From NCBI GenBank assembly GCA_951406725.2, contig OX597816.1, forward strand, positions 87,420,001 through 87,484,000: 64,000 bases of DNA, written 5' to 3'. Position numbers and translations under genes: made by a program. Of the stretch, positions 51,881-64,000 are shown in pieces (the stretch's first letter is position 1; the number at the start of each line of letters is the position of its first letter). The notes beneath the pieces were generated by a model, which had not been told where the DNA came from, did no database searches, and saw only the letters and a program-made list of their open reading frames with translations. This stretch comes from Octopus vulgaris (taxonomy: Eukaryota).

Positions 51881-53083
51881 CTGGCTGTTGGAAAGTTGTT
51901 ATGAAGAAGAAAATCTGAGGTGAGATAAGACAGAACAGAAGGATAAAAGGTACTTGACCCATTTTGTCTCCATCTCTCCTTCACTCTCTCCTTCTCACAC
52001 ACAAACATACAGGCATATACACACAACCAGTTTTCACTGTATTACATACACTATACACATATTTGCATCTATATACATACATAATATATATATATATATG
52101 AACAAGTGCATTACACACCTATATGTGCATATTCATGCATACACATATGTGCTTACTCTTGAATGAGCACATTATACACACGTGAAAATAATTAACTCAA
52201 ATGCAAAACACATGCACACACACACACACTTGTATGCAACTATCCAGACATATATCAATGTGCAAGTTTACATATATACACACTTGTCTATAGATGTTGA
52301 TGTATACATGCATGTACATACATCTGCGTATATACTCACTTGCACATATATACTCACTTGCATGTGCATTTACTCATATGCCTACATGAACAAGTGTACC
52401 ACATATTTTATTATTTACTTAGCTTTACTGACCTGGAAAAGTTTCGAGAAAGAGAGAGAGAGAGGATGAAAGATTGATAGCACGTGTGCATGTATGTTTC
52501 TGTTTATGGCTGTATATGTGTTTTTAACGTTAAATTTTCTTTTAAAATTTTTGGTTTTATTCCTGGAATTTGATGGGTTTAAAAAATTTTTTTTTTTAAT
52601 CTTATAATTGAAGATTGCATTCCATTATTCTTTGTTGTATATATATTCATTTTGTTCTTTTACTGGTTTCTGTCTTTGGAATGTGGCCATACTGGTGTTT
52701 GCCTTCGAGGATTTTAGTCAATTACATCCATCTCTATTTTATCAAATGGCTACATTTAACTTTGGCATAAAGGAACATAATTCAATAGTTAAACACCACA
52801 AGGTATTTGTTTGACGCACTGATTTGCACATGCACATGTGATGTGTAGTTGCGTCTGACTACTTAATTGTCCTTAAAAGCATGCAAGCTAGGAATTTGGT
52901 AGAATACGCTGATTTTCCCTAAGTAGCTTGCACTGAGATTGAACTTGGAACCAAACGTTTGGGAACTTAGTATCTTAACCCACATATCACCATTACATTG
53001 TGGTATACTGATCTCTTTCACATTGTTCAATGAATGAAATACAGTGTCACAAAAACACAGATACTCCTATCTCTCTTTCAAAT

Positions 53084-53130
<47 letters not shown>

Positions 53131-53305
53131 CGCATACACAAAGAGAGGCACATTCATACATATATATATCTGTGTATATATATATATGTAGTCATACACT
53201 TGCATACATACACATAAGAGATTTGTACAAATTCATATGTATGCTGTAATTTTTCTTTTAATCTCCCTTTATGTTAATGAGAGAGGCTTGACGTCTTTGA
53301 ACAGT

Positions 53306-53340
<35 letters not shown>

Positions 53341-53854
53341 TAGAACGATGCCAACACACACACACATTAGCATGACACCAACACAGATACATGTACACAC
53401 ATACCGTCATTCACCCACATTCATTTCCACACTCCTACATCCGGGTGGAAATCCAATGAATTTCCATAAATTAACATAAATTATCGCAAGAGAGGACAGG
53501 AAGTAATGGTCTACAATTGTCTGTAGTTGTTCCTGGTTTATAAACTGATTCAGTTCTCTTCTCATGAATCTCATCACTAACTGACAAGTGTTTTTTGTTT
53601 TTTTTTTCAATTCAGTGTATAGCAACATATATGTTCATTAGGGTACTGCTCGTTAGGGTACCAGCAGAAGAGAAGTAAAATGTGGCAAAATGAATGGAGG
53701 TGCTGGCATAGCTGTGTAGTAAGACGTTTGCTTCCCAACCACATGGTTCCAGGTTCAGTCCCACCATGTGGAACTTTGGGCTTGTGTCCTCTACAATAGC
53801 TTCAGGTTGACCAATGACCCACGAGTGAATTTGGTTGATGGAAACTGACGAAAG

Positions 53855-54085
53855 GGCAGCGAGCTGGCAGAATCATTAGCACGCCGGGCGAAATGCGTAG
53901 CCGTACTTTGTCTGCCGTTGCGTTCTGAGTTCAAATTCCGCCGAGGTCAATTTTGCCTTTCATCCTTTCGGGGTCGATTAAATAAGTACCAGTTACGCAC
54001 TGGGGTCGATATAATCGACTTAATCCGTTTGTCTGTCCTTGTTTGTCCCCTCTGTGTGTAGCCCCTTGTGGGCAGTAAAGAAATA
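53855..54085 (+). mobile_element. Young family A SINE inserted in an older family B SINE (from about 53703)
   Basis: 15-bp TSD ggaaactgac(g/c)aaag at 53840-53854 and 54086-54100; CpGs intact. Confidence 0.93.
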
Positions 54086-55106
54086 GGAAACTGACCAAAG
54101 CCTGTTGGGTGTGTGAGTGTGTGCGTTAATGTCTCATTGCTTTGACTTTATGTGATACTCATAAAGCGAATCTCACTGTCATACAAGCAATGTCCTTTTA
54201 TCTTTTGTTTCAGTTATTAGACTGTGGCCATGCTGGGGCACCACCTTCATTTATAATCTTGGCTAAAATCATGTCTGGTCATGGGAAAATATTACCTAAC
54301 TTAGAATCAGCTGAGGGTTGGTGACACGAGGGGCATCTGGCTGTAAAAAATTCATCTGACCCATCTTAGCATAGAAAATAGGTACCCAGTGACCATGATA
54401 TATAAATAATATACACTCTGCTTTATATATTGGTTTCAAATTGTGGCAGTTTTGGGGGATGGTTGACCCCAATACTCATCTGGTACTTATTTTATCACCT
54501 CTGAAGAGACAAAAGGCAAAGTTGACCCTGACAGCATTTGAACTTAGAATGTAAAGACAGACGAAATCATGCTAAGCATTTGGCCCAGCAAGCTAACGAT
54601 TCTCCTAGCCAACTGCCTTACTCTGCTGTATATATATTGAGTTACATTTCCCCCCATATTTGTATAGCCAAACCTGTGTGTGTATATGTATGTATGTGCA
54701 CACACACTCACATACAAACACATATTGAGGTACACATACATTGTGTATGCATGAATGTATGATTAGGTCAACCTCCTTTCTCTTTTGCTCTCACTAATAT
54801 TATGAAAATTCCCTATCATGTTGGGAATCAAACCCTCATTCCCGTCTTTATTTATTCAAAGGGGAAATTATTGGCCCAAAGATTTCATCTCTGCTTCCTT
54901 CCAATGACAGTTTTTGACCCCTGACTTTATCACCTCTCTCCCTTTCACACACACACACACATAAGCACTTATAGACACATATGCAAGCACTTAGACATAT
55001 ACACATCATACATATACAAACTTCCCCTCTCTTTGTCCTCTCTATCTCACAATATATCTGGTTCTTTAACTGTTCCATCCATGCTTTGTAGATGGCATAT
55101 AAATAA

Positions 55107-55316
55107 GGATATAGGAGTGGCTGTGTGGTAAGTAACTTGCTTACCAACCACATGGTTCCGGGTTCAGTCCCACTGTATGGCACCTTGGGTGTCTTCTATT
55201 ATAGCTTCGGGCCAGCCAAAGTCTTGTGAGTAGATTTGGTCGATGGAAACTGAAAGAAGCCTGTCGTATATATGTATATATTTATATATATATATATATA
55301 TGTATATATATGTATA

Positions 55317-55354
<38 letters not shown>

Positions 55355-55707
55355 TATATGCAGCACGGAATTTTGTCAGTGTCCAGGTCGCAGTTTCAAA
55401 GCGACGAAAATATTTTGGCAAATTAAATTTATATATTGAAGTGAATCTAACGGTTTTTGAGCATTTTTAAATGGCTTATAAACACCTTCCACTCTGCAAT
55501 TGTTTATATATATATATATCTTTTGTCCCCCACACCATCGCTTGACAACCTATGTTGGTGTGTTTACGTCCCTGTAACTTAGTATTTTGGCAAAAGAAAC
55601 TGATAGAATAAGTACTATGTGTGCAAGGAATAAGTCGTGGGGTCGATTTGTTCGACTGAAGGCGGTGCTCCAGCATGGCCGCAGTCAAGTGACTGAAACA
55701 AATAAAA
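55107..55707 (+). mobile_element. Family B SINE with a Penelope-like insert (about 55360-55505) in its internal (TA)n
   Basis: Complete head and tail; an unrelated segment of about 145 bp is flanked by TA repeats. Confidence 0.85.
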
Positions 55708-56518
55708 TGGGATTAACAAGAAAGAATATATATAATATAAAGTCTCTGCCTATACATGACTGCGTGTGTATATATACACAAGCAGTTTTAAAAAAACGTG
55801 TATAAATGCATGCATGCATTTCATGTATATCGTGTGGAGTTTATGAACTTGTGTTTTTGTGAGTGTATACTCAAATTTTTAAGTAGGCTTATATACACAG
55901 GCAGAGCTGTTTATTATAACCATAGATATGGTTATCAAACAGATATCAAAATTATTTAAAGTGAGTTTACCTGGTTACACTCGAAAAGGTTCAAATATTA
56001 TTGTATTCTCCATTTACTTGCTTAGTATTATCAAAATGATTGTATTTAATCTGCCACAGTGTATATATGTATGTTTGTGTGTGTATAAGATATAAATAAA
56101 ATAAATGCGCCCTTTTAAAGCCTAGCCAGGCTCATGGACCCGGTTTCCCGGTTTCTATTGCATATGTGTTCCCCATCTGGACAGGACGCCAGTCCATTGC
56201 AGCGTTACTCATTTTTGCCAGCTGAGTGGATATATATATATATATATATATAGTCCAACATGGAAATATATATAGTCCAGCATGGAAAACAGACATTAAA
56301 GGATGATGATGATGATGATTATATATATATATGTATATACAGACATCAGCATATACATACAGTTTAGGCATAGACCTCTTACCTCCTCAGAATCACACCA
56401 ACATACTTACTTAGACATGCATACACACACACACACACTTGCACCCACACACACTTATGTATGCGGCTGTGTGTTAGGAGTTGGTGGTGGTGGGGCTATG
56501 TTTAATTTGTGTGTAAGC

Positions 56519-56567
<49 letters not shown>

Positions 56568-56708
56568 ATACATTTACATATATTCTGTTTCCATGTTCAT
56601 ATGTGTATACTTTTCTTTTGATGTGTAATGCGTGTGTGTATGTCTAAATGGAATGATTAAATATTGCAGTTAAGATAAAATAGGGGGAGAGAGAGGGAGA
56701 AAGAGTGA

Positions 56709-56756
<48 letters not shown>

Positions 56757-57169
56757 TATGTGTGGGTGTTTTTGTGGTTGCAGACAGACATGTGGTTTAA
56801 CTTAGAGTTGGCCTTGAACTCAGTCATCATGGGGCTAAGAGAGAGAGAGAGAGAGAGGCTGCCAGGGTTATTTTATGCTGCTTAACATCTTGCTTGAGTA
56901 CAACAGGAAGAAACACGAGTGTGGGTATACATTCAGCAAAATGCAGTTCTGTGGAACTGTATCATCTTACAGTTACTTCTTGTTGCAATGTAGAACAGTC
57001 ATTTCGACTATACAGGTACTATGACAGTTGCTTTGGTTTTATTATTTTGTTAAATGGTTAAATCACTATGCTGTTTGCATAGAGACCATCTCTCAGAGAA
57101 CACAAATAGCATTGAGCTAGGAGGCGGACCTTGAAGGTTACTATATATATATTGTAGGACTTTTTTTGT

Positions 57170-57650
57170 GAAAGAACATCGTCAATGTTCCAAAATTTGC
57201 ATTTTAAAGTCTAGCTTTCTTCTTACAGAACCAAACACAACAAAATCTAAAACTCAGATGAGATCTACAGTGGAATACTGTACCTGCAATTTGGTCCAGT
57301 GTTGTTGCTCTACCTACCAACATCTTAGACTTGTGTCCAAAATGAAGACCATCTTGCTCATTTGCCAGCACATTCCAGCCTCTAGCCCACTGACATACTG
57401 TGTCCTCTTTCTTTGCCTTTTCTACTGCTTCAGTAATGGTCTCTGGTTCTTGAAACTGGTTGGTTACAGACCACATTCACTTAAGCATTTCTGATTCATC
57501 ACTTCACCTCTATTTTGTCCAGTATCCCTAAATATTGCTGCACCCCCTCCCTTTCCTGTAAATTTACTTACAAACCTACCCACAAACATGAAGTCTGAAT
57601 ACTTCAATTAATTAATCTGTAATGCCAGCAGATATTCTGATACATCCTGG
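57170..57650 (+). mobile_element. Decayed Jockey/CR1-group LINE ORF2 C-terminal fragment
   Basis: KTQMRSTVEYC...SPLTYCVLFLCLFYCFSNG resembles the K.QVRP.MEYC...HRR.V..LCLFYR..NG motif; multiple frameshifts. Confidence 0.65.
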
Positions 57651-58456
57651 CAGGTGCCCTCTGGTTATGAAGTAGACATATCTGATGGTCTGGCAATAAT
57701 TGAAGAAACTAACCCAGTATATTTTTCACGCCATTCTGCCAAAAGAGCCTGTGGTCTAATGCTACCTCAGTACTTCATTGAATACAACCCCCTACACTCT
57801 AAAAGGTATTTTTAATTAGATACCACTTCCGGTACTCACCTACTCTGTGCCTTAAACATTTAGATTATAACTCTTCTGTCATGTTATACCCCAACATATC
57901 AGAAATGTACACACGGATATGCTTAACTTCCAAACAAACTACAGGTGAGAGACGGAGGGAGGGAGGTTTGTATTATTGTCTGGAGAGGGGCATCAGCATT
58001 TAGCATTTGCTGGGCTTCATAGCAGGCAATTAAGCATAGAAGAGATATGTCCTGGTTTTGTGTCTCCTTGGATAGGGTACCAGTCTACATATATCAGTAA
58101 GATGCAAGTCTTTCCAGACATGTGGTTTTACTTAAGAAGCTTCATATCCAACTTCAGCTCCAATTTTGACTGACTAGTTCCAAATATCATACACAACATC
58201 TCTCACTCCCCTTCTTTCTCTTTTCCAGTTCTCTCATTACCTCATTCCACAGCTATCAAATTAACTTTTTAATTTCATCCTCTCTTTTTTCACCTTTTCT
58301 TTTTCTTGGCTCTTCTTATTTCACTCATCTTCAAACCACATTATCTATCTACCTATTTGTCTGTCTGATTATCTATCAACTTAATAGCTACATTCATGTG
58401 TCAGCCATCTTGTCTTCAATATAAGCTACTCTGTGTTTTCATATATATATGTATAA

Positions 58457-58966
58457 CTAGCAGTATCGCCCGGCGTTGCTCGGGTTTGTAAGGGAAATAA
58501 CTATATAAGCATTTTTAGAGAGTTACTTCCCTTATAGATGCCAATTCGGGCTTTCTTAGCCATTTCTGTTTTGGTGTCTTCAAGCCATGAAGTCGTTGTT
58601 CTAAAAGAACGCTGGTCTCCTTGACAACGCATTACGACGTTGATTTCCTTACACTCCCTTCCCCACAGCTTCACGAGGGAGGGAAGGGGGAGAAGCAAAC
58701 AGGTGCAGCTGTGAGCGTGGACGCCAACTCCGCCACCTTCGACACACGAAAAATTATGCATTAAAATGGAATAAAAAATGATGTTAAATTATTTTAAAAA
58801 TCGTAGACTCATCGTAGACGCGCGCTAATAGCCAGACGGGCTCGATATGAATCACGACTATAAGATACCCGAATTTGGTTAAACTGCACCGCAAAATGTG
58901 GGAGGAGTTAGGAATCTAAATCGAAGGGGACAGACACTCACACAACTAGAGTTTTATATATATAGA
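58457..58966 (-). mobile_element. Intact non-autonomous Helitron
   Basis: Minus strand A|TCTATATATATAAAACTCTAG ... CCCGAGCAACGCCGGG hairpin ... CTAG|T: 5' TC, 3' CTAG, subterminal hairpin, AT target, no TSD. Confidence 0.9.
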
Positions 58967-59796
58967 TGTGTGTGTAATTCTGTTTGTGTGTGTGTATATG
59001 TATGTATACATATCATTGCTATTATGCAAAACGAAAAAATAGTTTCACCATTCCATTGCAAAACCAATGTACTACACTTTGACAATTTTTGATATCTTGG
59101 CATCTGAAGCAGCTGGAGATACGATAGTTTGACCAAAAAAGCTGGCTATTGCAAGCAAAAATAAATATTGAAAAAAAAAAAAAAAAAACGCATTTGGCCA
59201 AATTTGGACATACAACAGTTTAACATAATAGCAACTCTCTATATATAATGTCTGTATAATTCTGTTTGTGTGTGTATGTATTTATATATGTGTGTGTGTG
59301 TATGTATAAATACATGTATGTATACATATATATATATATGTATGTATTGTGTGTATGTGTATGTATATATGTATGTATGTGTTTTATGTAATATGTATAT
59401 ATGAATGTATATATATATATATATATATATATTATAGCCTCAATGTGGTGTAAGAGCTCTATGTGTACACCATCCACATTCCTATATAAACAATTCTTTC
59501 TATAACAAGTCTTCAATAAGTATTGTTTATAGTGAAGGAGTGATGGTTAGGTAGATGATGACACAATTGTAATTTTGTATGCTTTAAATGTGGTTGTATA
59601 TAAACACTATTACATTTTCAATAAGGGTCCCACTAAATAGCGCACTGCTAAATCTATTAGAAGTAATGACCAAATCAAACCTAGTGTAGTTCTAGATACC
59701 TCTGAAAAAACTAGTTACTCGTAGATGGAATGCTTTTGACCAGGGGTTGTACACTATTGCAACCACCCATCATGCCTCTATACTGTCTCTCTAAGC

Positions 59797-60014
59797 CAGT
59801 GGTTCTATGCCATTTTTCGCCTATGGACCCTTTTAATTTCTATTTTACTCATTCAGTCTGAAGACTCCTTAGTATATTTTCATGATTAAATATTATTAGG
59901 AATTGTATTTTTGTGTATTGTGGAAATATAAACAGTTTGTTTCACATAAATTCTAACAACAAAATCTTAAATGGATCCCCAAAGGGCCATTCGAATCTTG
60001 GTTGAGAACCACTG
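59797..60014. mobile_element. hAT MITE
   Basis: TIRs cagtggttct / agaaccactg; TSD ctctaagc / ctataagt. Confidence 0.8.
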
Positions 60015-61080
60015 CTATAAGTAATACTGTATAACAAATGGCTTCAGCAAAACCTACCTATCTTTCCTCCTTATCTCTCTCTATTTGTTTATATACACCT
60101 TCATGTCTCTATATACACCATTACAGCAATCCATCACTCCTTCACAACCCACCCTGATCTCTGTATACATCACTATATAGATCTTCAATAAACCATACTT
60201 TACTTCTTCCTTCCTCCTCCTCTGCTTCCATGCAATCACTCTCCATTTTCTAACCAACCAATACAATCAACACAACTTGTTAATCATCCACCCATACCCA
60301 TCATCCCTTTCTCTATATAACACCCCCACCACCAGCAGCAGCAGCATAACCATCAAAGTGGTCTTTTTTTCCCCCCACTCTTTGTGTTTTTCATCAAACA
60401 TACTCCCCAAATGTCATTGAGTACTTTCTACACCCCACCCTGCTGTCTCCCTTGGGAATGTCATGTGGGTTTGGGTGGATATGTGTTGGTAGATTTGATT
60501 GGTTGTGTTGTTTACTGGCTGTCTGTCTGGTTGGCTGGTTGTTTTTATATATATATGCACACATTGTTTATGATTTATGTGTGTGAGTATTGTAGAAATC
60601 TTGAATATATACACACAATAAATATATACGAATATATATAGATATTTGCACTATATTGTGTGCATGTTCACACAGATGTAACTTTGTGTGAATTTGTGTA
60701 TGTATGTGTGTGTGTGTATCTATGAATATACACACATAAATAAACACATATATATGTAAACATGTGTCTATATAAATATTCACAACATATATGCATGCAT
60801 ATATGTGTGTGTTTATATTTATTTCAGTTATATTTAGTCTAGCGTTTGCTAAGAAAACTAGCTTTTAGATAAATAGCTTGTTTGTGAGAGCTGTAAAAAC
60901 CTAATTCATAGATGTTGTCAGTAAGAAGAGATTAGCAGGAATTTCACTGAAGAATTTAGGAGCAAGCTAGAAATGTTTGTTGGGGTTTGGTTCTAAGTCC
61001 CCTCCTGTTAATTTCTCCTGGTCGTAACATAATATAAAACCAGTTGTCTTTGCAAACTTTTGGTGGCTGACTTTGAAGAA

Positions 61081-61257
61081 TTAACCCTTTAATGTTTAGT
61101 TTACTATGTCAAATGTAATACTTATTTATCTACATTGTTTTGAATTAATCATGTGTTATTGTAGGTTAGGTGTGAAAGGCTGGATCTGATCAGTTTGAAC
61201 AAAATGCAAGGAAAATATTCGGGTCAGATATGGCCATTTCAAACACTAAAGGGTTAG
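61081..61257. mobile_element. TTAA-flanked MITE (piggyBac-like ends)
   Basis: ttaaCCCTTTTAATGTTT ... AAACACTAAAGGGttag; a second TTAA-ended element follows at about 61299-61531. Confidence 0.6.
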
Positions 61258-61689
61258 AAAAGTAAGTCTAAATAAGAAAAGCTTAAAGCTGGGAGGCTTT
61301 AATATTTTTCATACCAATCCACCCATGACTGTCACTAGTTCTGTAGTACAAGCTTCCTGTTTTAAAGTGATCTAAATTAAAATCTTCCACTGGTATCTCA
61401 TGTGACTTTACATTCCAGATACCAGCTTAATAAGGACAAAGTTATTTTCCTAATTTTTTCTCATTATTTTAAAAATTGATTGAAACTAAAGAAGTGTTTT
61501 TCAACAGAAATTTGGTAACAAAAGGTTTAAAATGGATATTGCAAAGACAAAGCTGGGGAGAAGATGAGACTCACTTGCCATCAAGAATATGGCCATTCAT
61601 GATATGCAGAATAGGAATGGATAAGATTCAATACAGCTGATCCAGCTAAAAGTATTGATGCCTAAAGGATACTATGAGATCACAAGTAG

Positions 61690-62085
61690 GTTAACAGATG
61701 GACTTTGTAGTGTATGTAGAAATGAGTGCTCTGAGAGCATAGTACATAATTAAGAACTAAATGGGAAAAGTTCAAAGAGTGATATATCCTTTGTTGCCAA
61801 CAAAGGAATTGTTTTCTGCGAGTGAAGGGCAAACTATATGCAAAGGCAGGAGAATATTGAGCCAAATATATTTCATTAGGTATGTAATATCTAGTGTGAA
61901 TGAGTGATGTATCACAAATGCACTAAAATGGAAGCTGGATGTATGAGAATTTGGTTGTATTCTGTAAGAGATGAAATTGTCTGATATGGACATGTAATGT
62001 GTGTGGAGTATGACATAGGTGAAGATGTACTTAGCAATACAAATGGAAGGAACTTGTAGAAGACAAAGATATGAGAAGGAATGAA
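61690..62085 (+). mobile_element. Decayed RTE-clade LINE fragment
   Basis: LRTKWEKFKE*, PLLPTKEL, LRVKGKLY, *YGHVMCVE, LAIQMEGTCRRQR: RTE post-RT motifs (WYGHV.R, EG...RGRP) with stops and frameshifts. Confidence 0.75.
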
Positions 62086-62874
62086 GGCTTATATCAAAAT
62101 GCTAAGGTAACCTTTGCATAGTCACTTCACTTGCTAGAAAAAATAGCTGCTAAATTCACTCAAATGACATACTACCATCTCAAATGACTTCCTATCACCA
62201 TGTTGGATTAGGAGTTCTTGGATTTCTTGTATATAGGAAAAAGATGGTATGATTATGGCTGGAATGCCTTTAATGAGGGGTCTGCTTGATAAGGACTGAA
62301 TTAGGGCTAAGAGAACTGAACATGTGGTGAGATTCTGTATTGAGTAGGGAAAATTCATCCAACCCATACAAGCAAAGAAACATCAAATGATATAATATAC
62401 ATATATGCACCCCTCTATATATATGTTTGGGTATACATACAAGAGAAAGCTACTCAATACCTGTAGTAGAATTATTTGTTCAATGCTGATGATTTACTCT
62501 CTCAGGACTCAGTATCTCACTGTGTGTTATGCTTGAGACACCAAAAAGATATTTTTTTATTTTCTGTTTATTTTCATCTTGTAGAACTGCACTTAACAAG
62601 GAACTCTAGGAAGTGACAGAGTTAATTATCAGCTTTGAACAAATATATATTTGTGTATGTATCTTATCATCTTCAAACCAATATATATATATTTGTGTGT
62701 GTGTGTATTTTATCAGTTTTATCTGCTCCTAAGTATTTATCATCTAATTCTCTGATTTTTGTGTCTGTAGTTAATTTAATGTATTCAGTTTTAGTTAATT
62801 TGCTTCATATTTTAGTAGCTTTGGCACAATTGTCTCATCTTGTATTCATTTTTATGTCTTGTCTGAATTTCTGA

Positions 62875-63700
62875 ACTAATTTCAGTTGGTCTACCAAATG
62901 GGTATTGTTGGCTTGTAAAATCATTCATACAGTGTGCCTGTAATATCTATAGCTATTAATGGTTTTGTTCAACAGATTTACTAACAAAGTTAGAGCAAAG
63001 CAAAATAATAGGTGGGATAATGAAAGATTATTTTTCATATGGATATAATGCTGGTTTTAATTAGCTTCATTTTGCCTTGTAGTGATATTTTCATTTTCTG
63101 GTTTGACATGGCATGGTTGATGTATTTTGTTAGTTTATTCATATGAAGTGTCTCCAGTATCCAAGAATCTGGTGTCTTGGTAAATGCTTTTTGATAATCA
63201 ATCCAAGCCATACTAAAGTGTTCGTTTTTTCCTCTTTTCGCTATTATCTGTAACACATATAGGCTACCACTTTCAAGAAACCGACTGTCTGGGACATGGT
63301 TCATCATCAGGCTGGCCACATTACTAAAAAAAAAAAGAAGCAATTTTTCATTGAGCATACCATGCAAAAATTGCCCATGACTGGTCTATTATAATCCAGT
63401 GCTCTTTGCAACTATAAACTTCCTTTTGGCATCCTTTCTGCTCCTCTCCAAATAAGTGACTAGGTAACCTGTTGAGGGTATGTTATATAAAGGTTTCTTG
63501 TTTTTAACAATCAGTTATTGACTCATAGTTGTGCAGGGTCTCTGAAATTTGAACTTTTGGAGAATTAATATTATTTCACCTTAAGTAGCCATTCCAATAT
63601 TCATCATTTTGCTTACCAGTTCATTGAATGCTGCCAATATTGGTTTAGGTCAGGTGCTTCAGCCAGAACTTAGAAACCTTACTGTTCTTAACATCTTGGT
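62875..63700 (-). mobile_element. Decayed Dong/R4-like non-LTR retrotransposon reverse-transcriptase fragment
   Basis: EQKGCQKEVYSCKEHWIIID, SMAWIDYQKAFTKTPDSWILETL and SLSHLLFCFALTLLVNLLNKT correspond to the EQKGC, WIDY.KAFDS.PHSW and LSPLLFC motifs. Confidence 0.85.
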
Positions 63701-64000
63701 AGCTATGGTTAGCTATGCTTGCACTACTGTTACGTGTGTGTGTGTGCTTATATATATATATATATCAACAGACTTTCAACCACAACACATATTTTGATAT
63801 ATACTGAGTGGATTCTGCTACCTCGCATAGCCACAACAAGCAGAAAGGATGTGATCAAAACCGAAAATTTGAGTTTACAGAACGCAGAAACATTATTAAT
63901 ATACCACCTGATGAAACACAAGATCTCACAAAGCAGGGAAACTGTTACGAACCTGGAGAACTACATTGCATGGAAACAACTCTTTTACTTGTTTCAGTCA

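Noticed and set aside
1474-62874. Numerous ORFs rich in YI, CV, HT, MYVC, poly-I or poly-L
   Set aside because: Translations of (TA)n, (TG)n, (TATG)n and trinucleotide microsatellites, which lack stop codons in some frames.

Overview
AT-rich, microsatellite-saturated eukaryotic DNA. The SINE families and repeat landscape look like an octopus (coleoid cephalopod) genome; this is recall-based inference, not a database result. The only well-supported host coding piece is a signal-peptide first exon (602-749, + strand, phase-1 GT donor) of a secreted or cell-surface protein; no matching second exon was found, so most of the window is probably a very long intron. The rest consists of tRNA-derived SINEs (at least 3 families), hAT and Tigger MITEs with target-site duplications (TSDs), an intact non-autonomous Helitron, decayed LINE pieces (CR1/L2-group, RTE, Dong/R4-like), and short Penelope-like inserts in (TA)n tracts carrying minimal hammerhead-ribozyme-like motifs. 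Main observations: a sharp CpG-rich to CpG-poor boundary at about 38.9 kb, a 93-bp inverted duplication that looks like a retroelement template switch, SINE-into-SINE insertions in homologous register, and long hairpins. I cannot support a novel protein-coding system; nearly all listed ORFs are microsatellite or SINE artefacts.
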